Part shown: positions 45,877-54,624 of the stretch, piece by piece
Layout of the letters: every line of letters begins with the position of its first letter
Numbering within the stretch: position 1 is the first letter of the stretch
NCBI GenBank assembly: GCA_963834385.1
Contig: CAWIBO010000005.1
Coordinates: 608,001 to 672,000, forward strand
Length of the DNA stretch: 64,000 nt
Origin: an uncultured Verrucomicrobiae bacterium
GTDB taxonomy: Bacteria > Verrucomicrobiota > Verrucomicrobiia > Chthoniobacterales > UBA10450
Direction: 5' to 3'
Notes under the pieces: generated by a model
The model's database searches: none
What the model was told of the DNA's origin: nothing
Seen by the model: only the letters and a program-made list of their open reading frames with translations
Translations under genes and position numbers: made by a program

Positions 45877-45895
45877 GCCGGCGGCCGCGCGTCCA

Positions 45896-46639
45896 ATGAA
45901 CGCCGGGGATGCGAGGCGACCGCAGGGTCCGGTCGTCATTGATATCGAGAACATCACCAAGACCTACGTCATGGGCGAGGAAAGCGTGCACGCCCTGCGC
46001 GGGGTCTCGCTCCAGATCCGGCGCAACGAATACCTCGCCATCATGGGGCCGAGCGGGAGCGGCAAATCGACGCTCATGAACATGCTCGGCTGCCTCGACA
46101 CCCCCACCTCGGGTCGCTACGAGTTCAGCGGCAAGAATGTCTCGGCGATGGACGACGACGAACTGGCCGCCATCCGCAACCGCGAGATCGGCTTCGTCTT
46201 CCAGACGTTCAACCTCCTGCCCCGCTCCGACAGCCTGCATAACGTCGAGCTTCCCCTGATCTATGCCGGGCTCGAACCGGAAGCGCGCCGGGCTCGCGCC
46301 GCCCAGGCCCTGCGCGACGTCGGGCTCGGCGACCGCCTCCAGCACAAGCCGAACGAACTTTCCGGCGGCCAGCGGCAGCGCGTCGCCATCGCCCGCGCCC
46401 TCGTCAACCAGCCTTCCATCATCCTGGCGGACGAACCGACCGGGAACCTCGATAGCCGGACGGGTGAGGAAATCATGGCCCTCTTCGAGAATCTCTACGA
46501 GGAGGGCCACACCATCATTGTCGTCACCCACGAGGACGACATTGCGCGGCACGCCCGGCGCATGGTCCACCTGCGCGACGGCCGGATCGAGAGCGACGAA
46601 TTCCTGCCGGCGGAAACGAACCTGGCCGGAACTCATTGA
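45896..46639 (+). CDS. ABC transporter ATP-binding protein (MacB/LolD type)
   Basis: [26 protein letters not shown]. Confidence 0.95.
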   Translation: MNAGDARRPQGPVVIDIENITKTYVMGEESVHALRGVSLQIRRNEYLAIMGPSGSGKSTLMNMLGCLDTPTSGRYEFSGKNVSAMDDDELAAIRNREIGFVFQTFNLLPRSDSLHNVELPLIYAGLEPEARRARAAQALRDVGLGDRLQHKPNELSGGQRQRVAIARALVNQPSIILADEPTGNLDSRTGEEIMALFENLYEEGHTIIVVTHEDDIARHARRMVHLRDGRIESDEFLPAETNLAGTH

Positions 46640-46646
46640 CCGCGGA

Positions 46647-47898
46647 ATGAAGCGTCTCCGTTACGAAATCGCCGAGAGCTGGAAGATCGCCACGGCCCAG
46701 ATGCGGGCGAACAAGACCCGCTCCGGATTGACCGCCCTCGGCGTCATCATCGGGATTGTCGCCGTGACCCTGATGGGCACCGCCATTACCGGCATCCAGA
46801 AAGGGTTCGATCGCAGCCTGGCCGTGCTCGGAGAAGATGTTCTTTACGTCGACCAATGGCCATGGGCCCCGGTGAGCGACTGGTGGAACTATCGCAACCG
46901 TCGCAAGATCAAAACGGAATATGCCGAGCGCCTGAACCGGCTGATCGACAGCTCGCCCAATTCCGACCTCGTCGTGGCCGTGCCCACCTCCAGCCTGCTC
47001 CGGAGCGTGAAACGCAATGAGTTCCAGGTGAACAACATCTTCATCCTCGGGACCAACGCCGATTTTCTTCTCGTTTCCACGGTCGACTTCGATAAGGGCC
47101 GGTTCTTCAACGAACTGGAGGCGCGCAGCGGCTCCATGGTCTGCGCGATCGGGGCCGATGTCGCCGAAAGCCTTTTTCCAGTTGAGGACCCAATTGGCCA
47201 GAAAGTGCTGATCAACGGGCACGCCTTCAAGGTTATCGGGGTCAACGCCAAGCAGGGCTCGTTTCTTGGGCTCTTCAGCCTCGATTCGCTCGTGGTCATG
47301 CCCCTGCCCGCCTTCAAGAAATATTTCAGCGCCAAATCCGAGGCCGACATCCGCGTGAAGGTGAGGGACAAGACCCGGCTGGCCGAGGCCCGCGACGAGC
47401 TGACCGGCCTGATGCGCCGGGTGCGCGGGCTGCCCGCCGGAAAAGCGAAACGATTTCAACGTGAACGAGCAGCAGGCCTTCAAGAGCACCCTCGACCCGG
47501 TGAAAAACTCGATCGCGCTGGCCGGGCTTTTCATCACCGGCCTCTCCCTTTTCGTCGGCGCCATCGGGATCATGAACATCACCTTTGTCAGCGTGAAGGA
47601 GCGGACCAAGGAGATCGGCACCCGCAAGGCCCTGGGGGCGCGCCGGCGCACCATCATGCTCCAGTTCCTGATCGAGTCGACCGCCCTCTGCATCTTTGGC
47701 GGCCTGGTCGGCCTGGTCCTGGCCTATCTGATGTGTTTCGGCATCGCCCTCGCCTTTCCCTCCTTCCCCGTGCAGTTCTCGATCGCCCTGGTCTTCATCG
47801 GCATGATCGTCTCCGTCGCCACCGGCCTCATCTCGGGCCTGGCCCCGGCCTGGACCGCCTCGCGCCTCGATCCCGTAACGGCTCTGCGTTATGAATAA
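46647..47898 (+). CDS. MacB-type ABC permease; +1 frameshift near 47433
   Basis: RSGLTALGVIIGI..; removing one C gives LPPEKRNDFNVNE joined to GIMNITFVSVKERTKEIG..LDPVTALRYE. Confidence 0.9.
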
Positions 47899-48380
47899 TG
47901 ATAACCACAGAGACGCAGAGAACACAGAGGTTGAGTTAACACCAAACCAGCTCACCGAGGCCGCGATTGGAGCGGCCATGGCTGTTCATCGTGAGCTTGG
48001 ACCGGGCCTACTTGGAAGGCGTTTACGAGGTCTGTTTCTGTCATGAATTGAAGCTGCGGAACATTCCTTTTGAGCGGCAGAAAAAGCTGCCGATCAATTA
48101 CAAGGGGATAAGGCTGAACGCGGCGCGCCGGACTGACGTTCTTCTCGGCGGGCAGGTGCTGGTAGAGCTCAAGGCCGTTGCCGCAATCCTTCCCGTGCAT
48201 GAAGCGCAACTTCTCACCTATCTCAAGCTGGGAGGCTGGTCTCTTGGCCTTATCATCAACTTCAATGTTGCCCTGTTGAAAGATGGTCTGCGCCGGAAAG
48301 TGTTGGGCTTCCAGGAAGCCGAACCTGCATCCCCTCCGCGCCCTCTGCGTCTCCGCGGTAAAGAAAAAGAGAGAAAATGA
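47891..48380 (+). CDS. GxxExxY family protein (PD-(D/E)XK nuclease-like); +1 frameshift near 48012
   Basis: ATG 47891 reads MNNDNHRDAENTE..IGAAMAVHRELGPGLL, continuing after one extra base as EGVYE..ERQ..TD..VELKAV..HEAQLLTYLK..GLIINF. Confidence 0.88.
47903..48360. repeat. Imperfect 27-bp inverted repeats bounding the GxxExxY core
   Basis: Left AACCACAGAGACGCAGAGAACACAGAG (47903-47929); right CTCCGCGCCCTCTGCGTCTCCGCGGTA (48334-48360); 20/27 complementary by hand count. Confidence 0.8.
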
Positions 48381-49612
48381 AGTTTGCCGAGATCCTCAAG
48401 ATGGCGCTCGCCTCCCTCGGCGCCAACAAGCTCCGCTCCGGGCTCACCATGACGGGAATCACCATCGGCGTCTTCTCCGTCATCTCGGTCATGACCGCGA
48501 TCGGCGCCCTCCAGAATTCCATTGAGTCGGGCCTGAGCTTTCTCGGCTCCAACATTTTCCAGTTCGCCAAGTATCCGGCCAACTTCAACGCCGGCGGATC
48601 AAATCGCGACAAATACGCCAACCGCGCCAGCATCACCTATCACGAGGCCGTCCGTTACATGGAGCTGATGGAACCCTACGCGCAGGAAATTTGCATCAAG
48701 ACCTTCGATAACGGCAAGCAGGCGGTCTACGGCGGGATCAAAACCACCCCCAGCCTCACCATCGCCGGGACCAACAAAAGTTTCACCACCGCCAACGCCT
48801 ATACCCTGGCCGAAGGGCGCAACCTGAACGATGAGGACATCGCCTTCTCCCGTCGCGTCCTCGTGATCGGCGATCGCATCGCCAAAATTCTTTTCCCGAA
48901 CGAAACGCCGGTCGGCAAGGAGATGAAACTGAGCGGCCATACCTTCACCGTCGTCGGGGTCTTTGCCGAGAAAGGCAGCGCCTTCGGCCAGAGCCAGGAC
49001 GACATCGCCATCATGCCGATCACGCGCTTCTTCGAGAATTTCGGCTCGGCCAATCGCACCATCAACATCGCCACCCAGGCCGCTTCCCAGCAGGTTTACA
49101 ATCGCACCTTTGACCGCGCCATCGGCGCCATGCGCACCGTGCGCGGCCTGCGCGCCGAGGAACCGAACGATTTCGAGATCTACACCAACGATTCCCTCAA
49201 GAGCGCCTTTGTCTCCGTCGCCGGCGTCGTCAGCATCGGCGCCTTTGTCGTCAGCTTCATCGCCCTCGTCGCCGCCGGCGTCGGGATCATGAACATCATG
49301 CTCGTCAGCGTGACGGAGCGGACCAAGGAGATCGGCATCCGCAAGTCCATCGGCGCCCGCCGGCAGGATGTCCTGCGCCAGTTCCTTACCGAGGCTGTTT
49401 TCATCTCGGAAGCGGGCGGTATCCTCGGAATCCTCCTCGGGATCGGCGCGGGCAATGTCATCGCCAGCCTGCTCAAGGCCGAGATGATCTTCCCATTTGG
49501 CTGGGCTTTGGCCGGACTGGTGGTTTGTTCCGGAATCGGGATTGTGTTCGGCTTTTACCCGGCCTACCGGGCGGCCAACCTCGACCCGATCGAGGCCCTT
49601 CGGTTCGAATAA
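48377..49612 (+). CDS. MacB-type ABC permease (second paralog)
   Basis: NKLRSGLTMTGITIG, GIMNIMLVSVTERTKEIG, LDPIEALRFE. Confidence 0.95.
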   Translation: MKFAEILKMALASLGANKLRSGLTMTGITIGVFSVISVMTAIGALQNSIESGLSFLGSNIFQFAKYPANFNAGGSNRDKYANRASITYHEAVRYMELMEPYAQEICIKTFDNGKQAVYGGIKTTPSLTIAGTNKSFTTANAYTLAEGRNLNDEDIAFSRRVLVIGDRIAKILFPNETPVGKEMKLSGHTFTVVGVFAEKGSAFGQSQDDIAIMPITRFFENFGSANRTINIATQAASQQVYNRTFDRAIGAMRTVRGLRAEEPNDFEIYTNDSLKSAFVSVAGVVSIGAFVVSFIALVAAGVGIMNIMLVSVTERTKEIGIRKSIGARRQDVLRQFLTEAVFISEAGGILGILLGIGAGNVIASLLKAEMIFPFGWALAGLVVCSGIGIVFGFYPAYRAANLDPIEALRFE

Positions 49613-49718
49613 CCGGCCGGGAAAGGGTTTCCCGAGCCCGAAACAAGGGCATTTTGCAGGGGGAAACCTTTGACAGACCCCCTCGAATTGTCATTCCTTT
49701 ATTCTAGCTATTATAGTT

Positions 49719-51764
49719 GTGCCAGAAACCCCCAAAAGTACGGCCCCACCCGGCGCGCCCCCCGCTATTCTTGTCGTCGAGGAATATGGCGCCCTCGCCG
49801 CCGCCATCGGTTCCGCTCTCAAGAAGTTCGCGCCCCATCACCGCGTCTGCCTCGCCGATTCCCTTGCCGAGGCCACCGCCCACGCCAGTTCCATCCAGCC
49901 CATCCTCTTCATCGTCGACGCTGACCCGCCGCACCCGGGCGCCATCACGTTCCTGAACCAGATGAGCCGGGAGCATCCCGGGGCGCGGATGCTGGTTATC
50001 GCCGCCTCGCTCGGGCGTGATCTCATGGACGAGATTGGGGCGGCCGGCGCCCTCCAGTTCATCGAAAAACCGTTCGAGCTGGCCGATTTCGGCGCCAGCG
50101 TGCAGGCCCTCCTGGGACCGTGGCAGGCCAGCGCTCGCCGGGCCCGCGGGACCCTGGAGAACCTGCAATTGCAGGACATCGCCCACCTGATGTGCGTCTC
50201 GCGCGCCACCGGCGTGATTGAGGCGGTCGGACGGGACCGCAAAAAGGGGGAGGTGCATGTGCGGGAAGGGCAGATCGTGCACGCCGCCACCTCCGGCCTT
50301 GTCGGGCAGGAAGCGCTCCAGGCCTTGCTCTGCTGGCGGGGAGCGCGCCTGCGCGAACGCGATCTTTCGCCGGCCGGCCCCCAGACCATCACGCTTCCGT
50401 GGCGCCATGTCCTCCTGCAGGGCTTGCGCTACGCCAAGGCCGCCACGGCCGAGGAAGCGGACGAGGAACTGCCGCCCGCGGCGCCCCCGGCCGCCAAGCC
50501 CGCCCCGGCGCCGAAAGAGGGGCGAAAGGTTGTGGTGATCGACGATACCGACATGCTCCGCATCTTTGTGGAGGATCTTCTTTCCACCCTCGATCCCGCG
50601 CTTCAAATCACCACCGCCCCCAACGGGGCGGAAGGCGTCCGGACGGTCGGGGAGATTCTGCCCGACCTCGTGGCCCTCGATTACAGCCTGCCGGATTTCA
50701 ATGGCGATGAAGTCTGCCGCCGCCTTCTCGCCGAGGAACGAACCGCCCGGATTCCGATCGTGATGATGTCAGGACACGTGCCGCAGATGAATGCGACCGC
50801 TGCCAAGTATCCGAACGTCATCGCCTCCATCGCCAAGCCGTTCCATTCGGAACAATTCATCCCGGTGATGGAAAAGGCGCTCCGGTCCGGCCCGATTGAT
50901 CCGGCCCGTCTGGCGGAGACACGCCCGCCGCCCGCGATCGAGCCTCCTCCCGCGCCCGCCCCGCCGCCTGCGGTCGAGCGGCGCGAACCACCGCCAGCCC
51001 CGCCGGAACCCCCGCCCGCCCCTGCCAGCCGCACGGCGCCCGCCCCTTCCCATGCCGTCACCGCGATTTCTCCTCTGCCGGCTGAAGCGGAAGCGTTCCC
51101 CCCGCGCGGAATGCAGCCCGGGGTGGTGCCTCCACCCAGTCCTTCCGTAACCCCGGCCACCCGCGTCTCCGCCCCGGGAGGCCGCGCCGTCAGCGGTGAT
51201 CACAGCGAAGTGGTGCTCGGCCTCGCTCTCGAGGTCCTTTCCATGGAACTGACGCCGCATCTGCGCATCGGCAGCATCCGCGCGCGCCCGGCGGCACAGG
51301 ACATCGCCCTGCGTTTCCTTTCCAACAGCATGCTCGGCGGCATCCCGGCGGAAACACGCTTTGAGCTGGGACCCATCGAGCTGGATCAGGAGGGGCGCAT
51401 CGCCACGATCCGCGTCATTCCGACGCAGAAGACCATCACCCTGCCGTCGCCGCGCCTGGCTTTCGCCATCTCCGACCTCTCCGTCATCCCGGCCAACTCG
51501 CATAACCACGTCAAGATCATGTCGGCCCCGACCGCGCCCATGACCATGCAGCTGGTGGCGCATTTCGAGTTGGAGGCGGTCGAGCTTTCGCCCGGATTCC
51601 AGATTGCCGCCCTCGCCCTGCAGGGAGATCACGACGCCGTTCGCGTCACCTTGGAGGGGAAGACCCTGACCTCGGAGGAGAACGCGACCGATTTCCGGAT
51701 CACCCAGGTGGAGCTGGACGGGCTTTCCCGGATCGCGGCGCTGCAGTTGACCGCGAAGACCTAG
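49719..51764 (+). CDS. Multidomain response regulator: atypical REC + DUF4388/PATAN-like + REC + Pro-rich linker + unknown C-terminal domain
   Basis: FIEKPF; GTLENLQLQDI..GEVHVREGQIVHA..G.EAL; VIDDT..LDYSLPD..KPF; Pro tract. Confidence 0.82.
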   Translation: MPETPKSTAPPGAPPAILVVEEYGALAAAIGSALKKFAPHHRVCLADSLAEATAHASSIQPILFIVDADPPHPGAITFLNQMSREHPGARMLVIAASLGRDLMDEIGAAGALQFIEKPFELADFGASVQALLGPWQASARRARGTLENLQLQDIAHLMCVSRATGVIEAVGRDRKKGEVHVREGQIVHAATSGLVGQEALQALLCWRGARLRERDLSPAGPQTITLPWRHVLLQGLRYAKAATAEEADEELPPAAPPAAKPAPAPKEGRKVVVIDDTDMLRIFVEDLLSTLDPALQITTAPNGAEGVRTVGEILPDLVALDYSLPDFNGDEVCRRLLAEERTARIPIVMMSGHVPQMNATAAKYPNVIASIAKPFHSEQFIPVMEKALRSGPIDPARLAETRPPPAIEPPPAPAPPPAVERREPPPAPPEPPPAPASRTAPAPSHAVTAISPLPAEAEAFPPRGMQPGVVPPPSPSVTPATRVSAPGGRAVSGDHSEVVLGLALEVLSMELTPHLRIGSIRARPAAQDIALRFLSNSMLGGIPAETRFELGPIELDQEGRIATIRVIPTQKTITLPSPRLAFAISDLSVIPANSHNHVKIMSAPTAPMTMQLVAHFELEAVELSPGFQIAALALQGDHDAVRVTLEGKTLTSEENATDFRITQVELDGLSRIAALQLTAKT

Positions 51765-52006
51765 CCCTGCTGGTGCCGGGCCAGGAAGGGGTCCAGCTCT
51801 TCCACGCCGAAGTTGGCCAGGACATCGCCGTCCCAGAGCAGCGTCGGTGTCTTTTGTTGTCCGGAAATGCGCGCCAGTTCTTTCATCCCGGCGGGATCAC
51901 CCCGGACTTCCCATTCCTTGTAGGCCACGCCGCGCTCATCGAGCGCCGCCGTGGCGGCATGGCAATACGGGCATCCCTTTTTCACAAACAGCGTTGGCTT
52001 TTCCAT
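51761..52006 (-). CDS. Glutaredoxin family protein
   Basis: CPYC active site, SGQQKTPTL. Confidence 0.9.
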   Translation of the reverse strand: MEKPTLFVKKGCPYCHAATAALDERGVAYKEWEVRGDPAGMKELARISGQQKTPTLLWDGDVLANFGVEELDPFLARHQQG

Positions 52007-52051
52007 CAAGGGGTAATCGCACCTGCGCGCCCGACTGCGGGCATGACGCCG

Positions 52052-53347
52052 CTATTCCAGGCCCAGTGCCTGGAACGTTTCATCCACATGCCGGAAGTGG
52101 ACCTCGAGGGAGCAGAGCCGGTCAATCTCCGCGGCGGAAAGAAGCCGCGTGATCTCCGGCTCGGCTTTGGCGTTGGCGGCGAAAGCCTCGGGCCCTTCCC
52201 AGGTTTTCATGGCCGCGCGCTGTACCGCCTCATAGGCGGCCTTGCGCTCCGCGCCCTTTTCCGTCAGGGCGAGCAGAATCGACTGGCTGAAATAGAGGCC
52301 GCGGGTGGTCTCCATGTTGCGCCGCATGTTCTCGGGGTAAACCTGCAGCGTTTCCACCAGCTCCCGCAGTTTCACCAGCATGTAATCCATGAGCGTGCAG
52401 GAATCAGGCAGGATGATCCGTTCCACACTGGAGTGGCTGATGTCGCGCTCGTGCCAGAGCGCGACGTTTTCCAGCGCCGCGACGGCATGGCCGCGAATGA
52501 CCCGGGCGAGCCCGCTCAGGCGCTCGCCCGTGATCGGATTGCGCTTGTGCGGCATGGCCGAACTCCCCTTCTGCCCTTTCGCAAAAAACTCCTCCACCTC
52601 CAGGACCTCGGTCCGCTGCAAATGCCGGAACTCGGTCGCCCAGCGATCAATGCTCGAGGCGATCAGGGCCAGCGTGGTCATGAACTCGGCATGCCGGTCG
52701 CGCTGGATCACCTGGGTGGAAATGGTGGCCGCCTTTAATCCCAGCTTCTCGCAGACCTGCCGCTCAATTCGGGGATCCAAGTGGGCATGCGTGCCCACCG
52801 CGCCACTCAGTTTGCCCACCCGGATCCGCTCGCTCATGTCGGTCAGGCGCGCTTCCGCCCGGCCGAATTCGTCGAACATCAGGGCGAGCTTCAGCCCAAA
52901 CGTCACCGGCTCGGCATGGATCCCGTGGCTGCGACCGATCATGGGCGTCATCTTAAACTCGCGCGCCCGGCGGCCGATCACGACCCGGAGTTCGCGCAGG
53001 TCATGCGCCAGGATTTTGGTCGCCTCGGTTAATTGCACCGCCAGGGTCGTGTCGAGAACATCCGACGAGGTCAGCCCCTGATGAATCCAGCGCGCGGCTG
53101 GTCCGACGTAGCCCGCCACGTTTTCGAGGAAGGCGATGACATCGTGGTTCGTCCGTTTCTCGATCTCAAGGATCTCGGACACGGAAAATTTGCCTTTTTC
53201 CCGGATCGTTTGCGCGTCTTTCTTCGGAATTTGCCCAAGGGCGGCCATGGCTTCGCAGGCAAGGGTTTCAATCTCGAGCCAAATCTGGAACTTGCGTTCA
53301 TCCGACCAGAGCGCGCGCATGGCCGGCCGGGAATAGCGATCGATCAC
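52052..53347 (-). CDS. purB: Adenylosuccinate lyase
   Basis: MIDRYSR, HQGLTSSD, GRSHGIHAEP, GSSAMPHKRNP. Confidence 0.97.
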   Translation of the reverse strand: MIDRYSRPAMRALWSDERKFQIWLEIETLACEAMAALGQIPKKDAQTIREKGKFSVSEILEIEKRTNHDVIAFLENVAGYVGPAARWIHQGLTSSDVLDTTLAVQLTEATKILAHDLRELRVVIGRRAREFKMTPMIGRSHGIHAEPVTFGLKLALMFDEFGRAEARLTDMSERIRVGKLSGAVGTHAHLDPRIERQVCEKLGLKAATISTQVIQRDRHAEFMTTLALIASSIDRWATEFRHLQRTEVLEVEEFFAKGQKGSSAMPHKRNPITGERLSGLARVIRGHAVAALENVALWHERDISHSSVERIILPDSCTLMDYMLVKLRELVETLQVYPENMRRNMETTRGLYFSQSILLALTEKGAERKAAYEAVQRAAMKTWEGPEAFAANAKAEPEITRLLSAAEIDRLCSLEVHFRHVDETFQALGLE

Positions 53348-53481
53348 GCGGACAGAATAGGAAGCAACTTGAGGCCGGAAAGAGTTTTCTTGGCTGCCGG
53401 AATTTCCCGGGCGGCGAGGGAATCGCGCAGGCCGGGAAAATCCCGACCCATCTCCGGCGGGTCCCGTGGCGTTTCCGGGAC

Positions 53482-53527
53482 AAAAAGACGGCGCCGCTCA
53501 GACGCACAAAGCGTCCGAGCGGCGCCG
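53482..53527 (-). terminator. Intrinsic terminator downstream of the 58-aa ORF
   Basis: 17-bp stem (53489-53505 / 53511-53527, one G-U pair on the minus strand) followed by TCTTTTT on the minus strand. Confidence 0.8.
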
Positions 53528-53555
53528 GAAATTGATTTGGCTGGTGAGCCCGCCC

Positions 53556-53732
53556 TTAGCAGACCTTGGCGCGGGTGAAGCGGCCGTTGTTCTCCAGCTT
53601 CACTTGTCCGCTGCCCAGGAGGTCGGCCACGGCGGCCACGGTTTCCTTGGTGCTCTTGGTGCAGGAGCTGACCGCGAGGATCAGGTCACCCAGGGAGAGA
53701 GTCTGGCGGGGCTTAAGGATTTGTTTGTTCAT
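53556..53732 (-). CDS. Small hypothetical protein, 58 aa (not in the ORF track)
   Basis: MNKQILKPRQTLSLGDLILAVSSCTKSTKETVAAVADLLGSGQVKLENNGRFTRAKVC; GC3-rich codons; own promoter and terminator. Confidence 0.8.
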   Translation of the reverse strand: MNKQILKPRQTLSLGDLILAVSSCTKSTKETVAAVADLLGSGQVKLENNGRFTRAKVC

Positions 53733-53762
53733 GGGATGTAGAGGTTGGTTGGTGCTTTTTAG

Positions 53763-53779
53763 AGCAGATTAGGTGCCAA
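53763..53779 (-). promoter_or_regulatory. Sigma-54 (-24/-12) promoter
   Basis: TTGGCACCTAATCTGCT versus consensus YTGGCACG-N4-TTGCW, with correct GG-N10-GC spacing, 30 nt upstream of the ATG. Confidence 0.72.
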
Positions 53780-53889
53780 CTACCTCTGTTCGACAGGGGC
53801 GAGGGGTTTATGTTCAAACGCGACCCGCTTCTTCGCCACCCGGTGTCAGCCCAGGCACCACAAGTGTAACGTTTATTTACACTCCGGTG

Positions 53890-54531
53890 TCAGGGACGTG
53901 ACTGCCGGGGGCCCCTTTTCATCAGTCTGGTGGTCAGAATGTAAAGGCCGATGAACAGCACAACGATCAAGGCCACCCAGTGCGAATCCGCCTTCATGTA
54001 GTTCACCAGGCCGGCGGGGTCGGAAAGAAGATCGGGCTGTTTCCGGTAAGCCCGGTCCCCCATGTAGGCCAGGATGTAGCACCAGATCGCAGAGCCCGTC
54101 ACGGTCATCACACTGAAAGAAACGAAGTTCATCCGGACAATCCCGGCCGGGATGGAAATCAGATGCCGGACCACCGGCAGAAGGCGGGCGAAAAAGATGC
54201 CGGCCGCCCCGTATTGGCGCACCCAGGCCTCCGCCTTGGTCACTTTTGACTCACCGATGAAAAAATATTTGCCGTAGCGCAGGACAAAGGGCCTCCCCAG
54301 CGCCAGGGCCACGCCGTAGGTGATGGCCGAGCCCAGATACGAACCGAGCGTCCCGGCCGCGACCACACCCCAGAAGTTGAGATGGCCCTGCGCGGCCAGG
54401 AAGGCGGCCGGCGGAATCACCACTTCGCTTGGCACCGGGAAGATCGAACTCTCCATGGCCATGAGAACGATGATGCCGAGGTAACCCCAGCTCTGCACCC
54501 AGCCGAACCAAATTTCGAGAAGTTGCTGCAT
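53890..54531 (-). CDS. DedA family membrane protein
   Basis: MESSIFPVPSEVVIPPA, GRPFVLRYGK, FARLLPVVRHLISIPAG. Confidence 0.93.
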   Translation of the reverse strand: MQQLLEIWFGWVQSWGYLGIIVLMAMESSIFPVPSEVVIPPAAFLAAQGHLNFWGVVAAGTLGSYLGSAITYGVALALGRPFVLRYGKYFFIGESKVTKAEAWVRQYGAAGIFFARLLPVVRHLISIPAGIVRMNFVSFSVMTVTGSAIWCYILAYMGDRAYRKQPDLLSDPAGLVNYMKADSHWVALIVVLFIGLYILTTRLMKRGPRQSRP

Positions 54532-54624
54532 CTTAAGTTGTCAGATTGCCTTTCACAGAATTAGCCTGCTCATCCCGCAGTCGCGCCGGTAGTTCAATCT
54601 GAAATCGCCGCGTTGCAACCCACA

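Noticed and set aside
49670..49717. TTGACA/TTGTCA and TATAGT promoter hexamers before the multidomain regulator
   Set aside because: The spacings do not give one consistent promoter compatible with the GTG at 49719; the region is probably regulatory but cannot be called.
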